A stretch of DNA of 64,000 bases, from positions 1 to 64,000 of the forward strand of contig JABCSY010000006.1 in NCBI GenBank assembly GCA_018238625.1. The letters run 5' to 3'. The translations under genes and the position numbers were made by a program. Origin of the DNA: Promethearchaeota archaeon (GTDB lineage: Archaea; Asgardarchaeota; Lokiarchaeia; Sigyniarchaeales; SOKP01). Below are positions 31,411 through 39,958 of this stretch, piece after piece. Position 1 is the stretch's first letter. Every line of letters begins with the position of its first letter. The notes below the pieces were generated by a model. That model was not told the origin of the DNA, did not search any database, and saw only the letters and a program-made list of their open reading frames with translations.

Positions 31411-33315
31411 TTGAAAAGTAGTAATGAAATATTTCTGTTAAAATTGGGTGGAAGTTTATTAACGGATAAAAATATTCCTTTTTCTATCCGAACAGAAGTT
31501 GTAAATAGCGCAATTCAACAAATTATAGATGCTAATAAAAAATTGATCTTAATCCATGGAGGAGGTTCCTTTGGACATCCGATCGCTAAAAAATATGGTA
31601 TTTCTCAAGGAATCGATATTTCTATTAAAAATCAGATATTTGGGCTAACTAAAACGCACGAAGCGATGATTAAATTCAATTCGCAAATAATTGAAGGATT
31701 TTTGGAAAAAAAATATCCAGCTCTTTCCATTCAACCTTCTAGTATTTTTATCAAACATTTAAACGAGATTTCTTTTGAATCTATCGAGCCAATTGAAACT
31801 TCGCTTGATCTTGGAGTTCTACCCGTTTTATATGGAGACATTATTCTTAATAAAGAAGGCAATTTTTCAATAATTTCTGGAGATCGCATAATTTTGGAAT
31901 TGTGTAAAAAATTGAATAAGTATAGCATTTCTAAAGTTATTTTTGCTATTGAAAAAGATGGAATTTTTGTTGAAAGTATTGAAAATGATAAAAAAATCAT
32001 AAAATTAGCCTCAGAAATTAGTCTTGATGAGTTAGATAAAATTAAATTAGCCAATTTAGGAAATAAGATTGATGTTACGGGAAGTATTAGAGGAAAAATA
32101 CAGGCTATTAAAGAAATTTGTAGATTAAATATTCCGGTTCAAGTTATAAACGGTCTGACGGATGGTAATATTTTAAAGGCCTTAAGCAGTCAAAAATTAA
32201 AATGTACGAGCATTAGTGGAATTCACGACGAAAAAAGGTTATCAGAGATTTACATGAGAAAGATAGAACATCTCAAGATACCAATCACATCTAATGTCCA
32301 ACACATAAAAAATTATTTTGACGATATAAAATTAATTCATCATTCGCTTCCGGAAGTAGAACTAAATGATATTGACATCTCAACAATGTTTTTTAATAAA
32401 AAAATTTCTGCTCCAATTTGTATTTCCGCTATAACCGGTGGCCATCCAATCTCTAAAGCAATAAACAGAATTTTAGCTAAAGCCGCAGAAGAAGAAAACA
32501 TCATAATGAGCGTAGGAAGCCAACGCATAGGCTTGGAAGATCTCTCTACCATTGAGTCTTTTGAGGTTGTTCGCGAAGTTGCGCCTAACATTCCGATAAT
32601 TGGAAACATAGGAATCGGCCAAATAAATTCTTCCACCTTTAAAAAAGAAGATTTTATCGAATGTATTGAAATGGTAAAAGCAGATGTAATGGCTATTCAT
32701 TTTAATGCTTTACACGAATTGGTCCAAAGCAACGGGAATATTTCCTACAAAAATTTCTTAGAAAAATTTCAAAAATTTCGAAAAGAAATTAACATTCCAA
32801 TCATCGCAAAAGAAGTGGGAACTGGCTTCAATAAGGACTTAGCCTTGAGTCTTGATTCGCTAGGATTCGATGGATTTGATGTCGGAGGCACTGGAGGTAC
32901 AAGTTTTGCTGCAATTGAATCTCACCGCGATAATTTTAGTTTTGAAAAATATACGAGAAGACTCGCAGATTCTTTTAGAGAATGGGGTATCCCCACACCT
33001 CTAACCATTCTTTATGTAAGAGAAGTTACTAAAAAATTGATTATAGCCACTGGTGGACTAAGGAATGGAATAGATATTGCTAAAAGCATCGCATTAGGTG
33101 CTGATATCGGAGGATTTGCTTATAAATTTCTATTATCCGCTTGGAAAGATTACAACAACAACACTTTTAATCATACAATTAAAGAAATTAAAACATTGAA
33201 AGACGAGTTGCGTTCTTCCTTATGGTTAACGAACGTAACAAACTTAAAAAAACTTAAGGGCAATAAGGACAAGCGAGTTCTGCTTGGAGAACTCTATCAA
33301 TGGGTAAATCAATAG
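31411..33315 (+). CDS. Fusion of isopentenyl phosphate kinase and type 2 IPP isomerase (IPK-Fni)
   Basis: N-terminal LKLGGSLLTDK, IHGGGSFGH, SGD, DVTG. C-terminal RKIEH, SAITGG, VGSQR, HFNALHE, KEVGTG, GGTSF, TGGLRNG. Confidence 0.9.
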   Translation: MKSSNEIFLLKLGGSLLTDKNIPFSIRTEVVNSAIQQIIDANKKLILIHGGGSFGHPIAKKYGISQGIDISIKNQIFGLTKTHEAMIKFNSQIIEGFLEKKYPALSIQPSSIFIKHLNEISFESIEPIETSLDLGVLPVLYGDIILNKEGNFSIISGDRIILELCKKLNKYSISKVIFAIEKDGIFVESIENDKKIIKLASEISLDELDKIKLANLGNKIDVTGSIRGKIQAIKEICRLNIPVQVINGLTDGNILKALSSQKLKCTSISGIHDEKRLSEIYMRKIEHLKIPITSNVQHIKNYFDDIKLIHHSLPEVELNDIDISTMFFNKKISAPICISAITGGHPISKAINRILAKAAEEENIIMSVGSQRIGLEDLSTIESFEVVREVAPNIPIIGNIGIGQINSSTFKKEDFIECIEMVKADVMAIHFNALHELVQSNGNISYKNFLEKFQKFRKEINIPIIAKEVGTGFNKDLALSLDSLGFDGFDVGGTGGTSFAAIESHRDNFSFEKYTRRLADSFREWGIPTPLTILYVREVTKKLIIATGGLRNGIDIAKSIALGADIGGFAYKFLLSAWKDYNNNTFNHTIKEIKTLKDELRSSLWLTNVTNLKKLKGNKDKRVLLGELYQWVNQ

Positions 33316-33863
33316 CCCCCCCATCTCTTTATCCCGCTTTCAATACCTATTTGATCAAGTATTCTTCCTACGAAATAATTATTTAGTTCATTGATATTTT
33401 TAGGTTTAATATAATAAGAAGGAATTGGTGGCGCGATTATAACTCCAATTCTTGCTAATTTAAGCATATTTTCAAGGTGTATCGCGCTAAAAGGAGTTTC
33501 TCGAACTACTAATACGAGTTTTCTTCGTTCTTTAATTGTTACATCTGCGGCTCTGGTTATTAAGTTATCTGCATAACCGTTAGCAATAGAAGCCAAAGTT
33601 TTCATCGAGCACGGAATAATTACCATAGCATCAATTTTATAAGAACCACTGGCGGGGTTTGCCGTTAAATCATTAACATCGTAATGTTTTGTTGATAAAT
33701 CAATAATATCATTTAGCTTGAAATCAGTTTCAATGTCAATGATTTTCTCAGCTACTCTTGATATTATTAATTCAGTTACAACTTCTTTTTTCTTCAGTTG
33801 TTGTAGCAAGATAATCGCTAGGTTAGCCCCACTAGCGCCCGTGATAGCAACTAACAAAACCAA
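33309..33863 (-). CDS. ubiX: Flavin prenyltransferase
   Basis: AITGASG, ASGS, PCSMKTL, RAADVTIKERR, RETP. Confidence 0.93.
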   Translation of the reverse strand: MVLLVAITGASGANLAIILLQQLKKKEVVTELIISRVAEKIIDIETDFKLNDIIDLSTKHYDVNDLTANPASGSYKIDAMVIIPCSMKTLASIANGYADNLITRAADVTIKERRKLVLVVRETPFSAIHLENMLKLARIGVIIAPPIPSYYIKPKNINELNNYFVGRILDQIGIESGIKRWGGY

Positions 33864-34147
33864 TATTTTTCACCACTAGAGTTTAAGGTATTTTAATTAT
33901 TAATTATTCTTTAATTATTTATAGTTCTTATCTATTTTCTCTAAATTATGATAAAAAAAAAATATTGAAAAAGTTAGTGGAATTAATGAAAAGTTAAATT
34001 GGGATGGTTCATTTAATTACTAAGATGTTAATTACTTTAGTTATAATTCATCTTATTTAGGTTATTATACATCAACTTAACACAAATATTTTGAGGAGAT
34101 AAATTATTAGCCAAGAAAACCTTGATGATAAGCTTATAATTCGGGAT

Positions 34148-34729
34148 TTGGTGGAACACCATCGCGAGGATGACCTTAGATGTTCTTATAAAGTTGTAAA
34201 TATTGTAGCTACAGTTATTACCGAAATTGATGCTTCGATTGATTTAAACCAAATAATTCAAGAACTCTCCAACGTGGAATATCATCCTGATCGTTTTCCA
34301 GGCCTAATTATGAGAATTGAAAATCCACATGCTACTTTATTAATTTTTTCTTCGGGTAAAATGGTAATTACTGGTCTTAAAAAAACCGTAGATGCTAACT
34401 TGGCAGCTCAACAAGCAGTTGAAAAGTTGCAGAACATCGGATTTAATATAAAAAACCCAAAAGTTACCATTCAAAATTTTGTAGCAACTAGTAGTCTGAA
34501 TATTAATGTTGATTTAAACATGTTAACTATTATGATGGACAATGTTATGTACGAACCTGAAGTATTTCCAGCAGCAATTTACAAAATGCCAGTTCCAAAG
34601 GTAGTTTTCTTAATTTTTTCGTCTGGCAAAATAGTATGTTTAGGTGCTAAAGTAAAGGAAACAATTGATGAAGCTATACCGATACTAATTAAACAACTTA
34701 GTGAATCTGAGGTTACAGATTTATTTTAA
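34148..34729 (+). CDS. tbp: TATA-box binding protein (divergent paralog)
   Basis: Two TBP repeats: NIVAT...YHPDRFPGLI...LIFSSGKMVITG and NFVAT...YEPEVFPAAIY...LIFSSGKIVCLG. Confidence 0.9.
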   Translation: MVEHHREDDLRCSYKVVNIVATVITEIDASIDLNQIIQELSNVEYHPDRFPGLIMRIENPHATLLIFSSGKMVITGLKKTVDANLAAQQAVEKLQNIGFNIKNPKVTIQNFVATSSLNINVDLNMLTIMMDNVMYEPEVFPAAIYKMPVPKVVFLIFSSGKIVCLGAKVKETIDEAIPILIKQLSESEVTDLF

Positions 34730-34753
34730 AAGTATTTTAAAACAATAGAGCTA

Positions 34754-36016
34754 TTACAAAAAGGAAATCATATCTTTTATTGCTCGGCTCACTAAATAAA
34801 GTTGTATATTTCTAGCCCCACCAATAATCTCTTGCACTTTTGCAACCTCTAAAGCTTTATCGATTCGTAGGTTATCTGTGAAAGCAATTCCTCCGCATAA
34901 TTGCTGAGTCTCATACGAAATTTTGTGAGCTAAGTTCGAGGCAAGGAATTTCGCTCCTGAGCTAAACGATGCGTTGTACTTTATGTATTTTTTCTCTTCA
35001 AAATGTTGGCGTTCTATAGTCTTATCGTATTCTGTTGCGCTTGTGAAACCTAACTCCGTAGCGGCCATTAACTCCGTAATTAGCTGAGTAATGGGGAAAG
35101 AAACACCTTGAAAGTCGTATATCGGGCGATTAAATTGAGATCTTATGTTTGTATATATAAGAGCCGTAATTGCAGTAAGCCAAGCGATACCAAGGCTAGA
35201 ACCTATAATAGCGCACCTTTCAGCAACTAACCCAGAAAAAAGGTTCTTATATCCTTGACCTTTAGCCCCAAGAACATTTTCTTTGGGAATTTTAACTGAA
35301 TTAAAAATTGTTTGTCCAATTTCTACCCGGGGAACGGATTGAATGCCAAGCCTGTTAGTTTCTAAACCTTCAAAACCTCGCTCAACAATTACTTGGTACA
35401 TTGTGCCTCGAGGATTTGATGTGTCTGATACGCCATAAACTATGAAATAGTCCGCGTTAGGTCCATTTGTCGTGTATAATTTTTCCCCATCCATAATTAG
35501 ATAATCTCCCTTTTCCTGAATTTTAGTTTTCATATTAACCGCATCAGACCCTTGGTACTTTTCCGTTATACATATACAACCAATCTTTTCACCCGTTACG
35601 ATTTGATGTAAAACCTCAGTGATACGCTCGCTTTTACCAAATTGGAATAAAGGATTTGCAAATATTACGCCAGTTACTACTCTTGCCAAGTCTAGTTCAG
35701 GATCGACGATCGAGGTTGCCATAGCTAATAACATCTCATATCGCATATTACACCTATTACAATCACCAAAATTATTTAATCTTTGAATGTAATTTTTTTT
35801 CCCAAGAATAGGAAAAAGCTCATACACCTCTGTGTTGAGGTCTATATTAGGTTCAATATGTTTAAGCAGAAAAAGTTCTAATTCTTCTAAAAAAGCTCTC
35901 TCTTCTTCGGTAATGAGGGGCATAATAAAATTATTAAAAATTTTATAGATATTTTTAGTTGTTAATTTTTCCTTTACTTCTTCGTCTAAAATATCTACTC
36001 CAGTTATTTTTTTCAT
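34754..36016 (-). CDS. Acyl-CoA dehydrogenase family protein
   Basis: CITE...GSD, GEKLYTTNG, RSQFNRPI, QQLCGG, IIGG. Confidence 0.88.
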   Translation of the reverse strand: MKKITGVDILDEEVKEKLTTKNIYKIFNNFIMPLITEEERAFLEELELFLLKHIEPNIDLNTEVYELFPILGKKNYIQRLNNFGDCNRCNMRYEMLLAMATSIVDPELDLARVVTGVIFANPLFQFGKSERITEVLHQIVTGEKIGCICITEKYQGSDAVNMKTKIQEKGDYLIMDGEKLYTTNGPNADYFIVYGVSDTSNPRGTMYQVIVERGFEGLETNRLGIQSVPRVEIGQTIFNSVKIPKENVLGAKGQGYKNLFSGLVAERCAIIGSSLGIAWLTAITALIYTNIRSQFNRPIYDFQGVSFPITQLITELMAATELGFTSATEYDKTIERQHFEEKKYIKYNASFSSGAKFLASNLAHKISYETQQLCGGIAFTDNLRIDKALEVAKVQEIIGGARNIQLYLVSRAIKDMISFL

Positions 36017-36104
36017 TCTAAGCTCTATTCCTTATTATTTCATCTTTTTTATTTACTTTTTCAGTTTATTAAGTAAAATGAAGGATAAAATCCTTACTCT
36101 CTCT

Positions 36105-36536
36105 TTAGGGATTCTTAGGGATAGGATCTATGACTTCAAGTCCGGATATTCTTTTGAAAGCATTATCGTGCGTACAAATCTTTTTAATTCCTTTCTTTTT
36201 TAAAAAAGATAGGATAGTAGCATCTCGGCTTCCTATTCCCAAATGAGTATGATCACATAGTTCAGAAAAGATAGATCCTAAATCTTCAAAGAGTAAATTA
36301 CCAAAATAAAAATCTATCGATGAGAAAATTTCCCATTTCTTTTTTGCAACAGATACACCTAATTTTTTGACTAGATAATGCATCGTTTCAATCATTATAA
36401 CTGTATTTACAGCAATTGTGTAATTATCATAAATCTCATCAAAAAACTTCTTGACATAAGGATGTTCTGGAGTTGTTTGATCAAAAAGATAAACCCAAAA
36501 ATTAGAGTCAATAAAGATTATTCTTTCAGTTTCCAT
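36105..36536 (-). CDS. PIN-domain VapC toxin
   Basis: IFIDSN, MIE, RDATI, CTHD. Confidence 0.88.
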   Translation of the reverse strand: METERIIFIDSNFWVYLFDQTTPEHPYVKKFFDEIYDNYTIAVNTVIMIETMHYLVKKLGVSVAKKKWEIFSSIDFYFGNLLFEDLGSIFSELCDHTHLGIGSRDATILSFLKKKGIKKICTHDNAFKRISGLEVIDPIPKNP

Positions 36537-36769
36537 ATTTTTTTAATCGACTCCGGTGTGGGTGTTTCTTCTGAAGGAATTTTTATGCATCCAACAAGTT
36601 CTTTAAAAATAATTTCCTTAGATGGTTTCTTATATAATATTATCTTATCTGAATTTGTGGTAACTGTTAATTTATCACCAGTCTTTATTCCTAATTTCTT
36701 TCTTACTTTAGATGGAAGCGTTAATCTTCCTCTTTCATCAATTTCGATTTTTCCCATATTATTTCCCAT
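36518..36769 (-). CDS. AbrB/MazE-type antitoxin (start likely 36757 or 36769)
   Basis: IDERGRLTLPSKVRKKLGIKTGD; overlaps vapC. Confidence 0.85.
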   Translation of the reverse strand: MGNNMGKIEIDERGRLTLPSKVRKKLGIKTGDKLTVTTNSDKIILYKKPSKEIIFKELVGCIKIPSEETPTPESIKKIWKLKE

Positions 36770-36817
36770 ATCACTACCCATACCCATTATAATACCCACA
36801 AATATTTAAATTTATGC

Positions 36818-37885
36818 TCAAAATTTCCTTTCTAACACAAATTTTAATAGGTTTTCATAAAACTCTAACTCAGAATTCTGAATAACTGGCTTTAATTTTT
36901 CAAGGGCAACTTTCGCTTCTTTATAATAAATATCTGCAAGCTTTTTACTACGATTAATGACATCTGCTTTAAGAAACAATTCTCTTACTTCTTGAACTTC
37001 CTCTTGAGTCATATTAATGCTTTCGAGTAATTCATTGAGTCTGATTTTATCATTATCTTTTAGCGTATTATTGGCCTTTATTAATAAACATGTTTTTTTT
37101 GATTCTCTAATATCTCCGTCTATTGGTTTTCCCGTTGTTGTTTCATCACCAAAGGTTCCTAAAATGTCGTCTATTATCTGGAATATAATTCCTAAGTTTT
37201 TTCCATAAATAGATAAATATGATTTATATTTTTCTTCCACTTTTGCGTAATTAGCACCAATTAATATCGATTTTTCTAGTAATGCTCCCGTTTTAAGAGA
37301 AACCATGTGGATATAATCTTCCATTTTTAGATTTTTCTTGTTTACCATATCAATTTCGATCAAAACACCATTTGCTATTTCTCTAAAAGCATGTTCGTAA
37401 TATTGAATTGCTCTGAGATTTAAGTTATTATCAAAATTGTTAAAAAAAAAAGCTTCTATACCTAGAAAAAATGCGGAATCTCCCCCAATAATACCTATCG
37501 AATTACCATAATCTTCAGCTGCTATTTTTTTAAGCCTATTTTCTAAGTAAAATTGCCTAAATCTATAATGAAACGCGGGTTTTCCTCGTCTAAAATTATC
37601 CTTATCAATAATATCATCGTGGATTAAAGTAGCGTTATGTAGGAATTCGACACCAACGCTTGGGAAGATAATATCGTCGTTTTGTTTTTCACTAAAAGCG
37701 TTATAAGTAGCGATACAAAGTAATGGACGAATTCTTTTTCCTCCCGCTAAGAAATAGTCTCGTAATTCTGAATAATAGGCTTTTAAGAACGAAATCTTTA
37801 CTTCTTTTAATTGTCTATTATAGATTAATGCTATTGCATCGTTTATCTTAGGTTTATAAAAACTCACGTATTCAGTAAATTTCAT
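36818..37885 (-). CDS. Geranylgeranyl diphosphate synthase (trans-prenyltransferase)
   Basis: GGKRIRP, LIHDDIIDKDNFRRG, KTG, FQIIDDILG. Confidence 0.92.
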   Translation of the reverse strand: MKFTEYVSFYKPKINDAIALIYNRQLKEVKISFLKAYYSELRDYFLAGGKRIRPLLCIATYNAFSEKQNDDIIFPSVGVEFLHNATLIHDDIIDKDNFRRGKPAFHYRFRQFYLENRLKKIAAEDYGNSIGIIGGDSAFFLGIEAFFFNNFDNNLNLRAIQYYEHAFREIANGVLIEIDMVNKKNLKMEDYIHMVSLKTGALLEKSILIGANYAKVEEKYKSYLSIYGKNLGIIFQIIDDILGTFGDETTTGKPIDGDIRESKKTCLLIKANNTLKDNDKIRLNELLESINMTQEEVQEVRELFLKADVINRSKKLADIYYKEAKVALEKLKPVIQNSELEFYENLLKFVLERKF

Positions 37886-39005
37886 ATAGACTCACTTGAT
37901 CCATTAAATTTTTCATGGCTATTACTGAACTACGATGATTTTCCCACAACGATAAGAATTTCTTCAAATTTTCATCACTTTGAAAAATCTTGTCTCTTAA
38001 AATCCGTTTTGCTTTTAAAACTCTGAGAAATTTATTGTCTAAAATTCCTTCATAAATAGAACCTAATTTATCTAACTTGTCTTTTTCTTCGCATGTTTTA
38101 ATAGCGTCAATAGCAAATTGACCCGACATCATGGCATAGGGTATCCCTTTTCCAGAAATTGGGTCTACGATTCCTCCAGAATCACCTATAGCAAAAACTT
38201 TATCTTCATATAATTTAGATCTTAACCCAACGGGAATTAAATGGGGTTTAAAGATTTCCATTGTTGAATTTTTTAGCGCTAGTTTTACAAATGGAAGCTC
38301 TAGAAATTTTCTAAATTCTTCTCTTGAATTTTTCACTAAATTAATTTGATTACCCCATCCTACTGTAATCCTCTCAGTTTTTGGAAACAACCAAGCGTAA
38401 CCAACACGAATAAGGCTTTCAATACCAAAAAACAAATGAACTGTATCATGTCCAAGAGTTTTATCTATATTGGACTTAGTAGTTTTCATCTCTTGAGTAA
38501 TCGTTAAAATTAAGTCTTCACTTTTGAAAAAAGGCCAATTTAGCAATTTTAAAGTGGGCGAAGTAACGCCATCAGCGGCAATTATGTATTTTGCAGTATA
38601 TTTTTCTCTGTTAGTACTGATATTGTAAAAGGTATCAACTTTTTCAATGTTAATCATAAGCTCTTTCTCTTTTAATAAGGCTCCACTATCAACAGCCATG
38701 TCAGTTAAAAATTTATCAAAAGTGCTTCGCCAAACGACAGCACCTTTACCTTTTTTAGAATAAGTTTCTCCGTCAACATGGTGCAATTCTAAAGATTCAA
38801 TAACCCTACCAATTTTATCTTCTGGGTAGTTTATTTCGTCTATTAGTTCCCATGCCGTAGCTCCTCCACACGCTTTATATCTTCCTTTCTCACCAAGCGT
38901 TTCTTTTTCAAGGATACAGGTTGAATACCCGTTTTCGGAGGCTACTTTAGCTGCAACAGAACCTCCTGGTCCTGCGCCTATGATAATAATATCAAAATTT
39001 TTCAT
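37872..39005 (-). CDS. Geranylgeranyl reductase family FAD oxidoreductase
   Basis: GAGPGG, KACGG, AADG, GYAWLFPK, GDSGG.VDPISGKGI. Confidence 0.88.
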   Translation of the reverse strand: MKNFDIIIIGAGPGGSVAAKVASENGYSTCILEKETLGEKGRYKACGGATAWELIDEINYPEDKIGRVIESLELHHVDGETYSKKGKGAVVWRSTFDKFLTDMAVDSGALLKEKELMINIEKVDTFYNISTNREKYTAKYIIAADGVTSPTLKLLNWPFFKSEDLILTITQEMKTTKSNIDKTLGHDTVHLFFGIESLIRVGYAWLFPKTERITVGWGNQINLVKNSREEFRKFLELPFVKLALKNSTMEIFKPHLIPVGLRSKLYEDKVFAIGDSGGIVDPISGKGIPYAMMSGQFAIDAIKTCEEKDKLDKLGSIYEGILDNKFLRVLKAKRILRDKIFQSDENLKKFLSLWENHRSSVIAMKNLMDQVSLYEIY

Positions 39006-39174
39006 AAGTTTTTCGACCTTTTATTTTATTTAGAAGTTAGCTAAAAAGTTGATGATACTATAAAAAGAGTATCACATAACCAATATTATTAAAAATAGAT
39101 ATATTTTAAACTGGATTTTAGGATTTTTAAATAATAAAAGTAAATTTTAAATGGCGAAAATTAGATAAATATAT

Positions 39175-39924
39175 ATGAGTTATACTCCATTTGAACTGCG
39201 TGTAATGCCACTCTTTTTTTATTACCTACTGCTTTCTGGGCTAGGGCTCCTACTTACAATAAAAATGTTTTTGAAATGGCGCGAAAGGAAAGTACCTGCT
39301 CCCTTATATTTGACTCTCGTTTTTATTTTTCTAACTACCGCTTTGGTAGGACTTACAATAGGCTTGTCTGAGGCCGTAATTACGGGATTTTATAAAGAAA
39401 TATATAGAATCTCTTTACCATTTGCTTATGGTATGGTTCTTTTTGCAGATTTCTTTTTGTTTCTTTTCGTGAGTCAGATAACAGAAAAAGGAAGAAAGGT
39501 GCTTATCCCGTTATTTATTATAGGGATAGGTGTATTCATTATGCTATTTTTACCTTGGAATTGGTGGGGGGTACCTCCTGAAGACTATGAAGGCTTATTA
39601 AATATTAGAATATACTCAACGTTGAGTCTAATATTATATTCATATGTTATTTACGTTTTAATCGCCATTACATGTCGTAAGGCAATGAAAAAAACAGATG
39701 ACAAGATAACTTCTACAGGCTTAAATTTATTATTTTATTCAATGATCTCTATGATTCTTTTCTTTCTAATGTTTATTGGGGATACTTTAATGATACAACT
39801 ATTCGATCATCCCGGTTACTCTGAGTTTGTTTATGTTGCTTGGATATTTGCTATAATCTTTTATGTTTTATCTTATTTATCGCTGGTTATGCCTAAGTGG
39901 CTTGTTAATCGGATTGAAAAATAA
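39175..39924 (+). CDS. Seven-TM membrane protein of unknown function
   Basis: About seven hydrophobic segments counted by eye. Confidence 0.65.
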   Translation: MSYTPFELRVMPLFFYYLLLSGLGLLLTIKMFLKWRERKVPAPLYLTLVFIFLTTALVGLTIGLSEAVITGFYKEIYRISLPFAYGMVLFADFFLFLFVSQITEKGRKVLIPLFIIGIGVFIMLFLPWNWWGVPPEDYEGLLNIRIYSTLSLILYSYVIYVLIAITCRKAMKKTDDKITSTGLNLLFYSMISMILFFLMFIGDTLMIQLFDHPGYSEFVYVAWIFAIIFYVLSYLSLVMPKWLVNRIEK

Positions 39925-39958
39925 AATACAAAAATAATTTTTTTTTATTTAATTTTAT

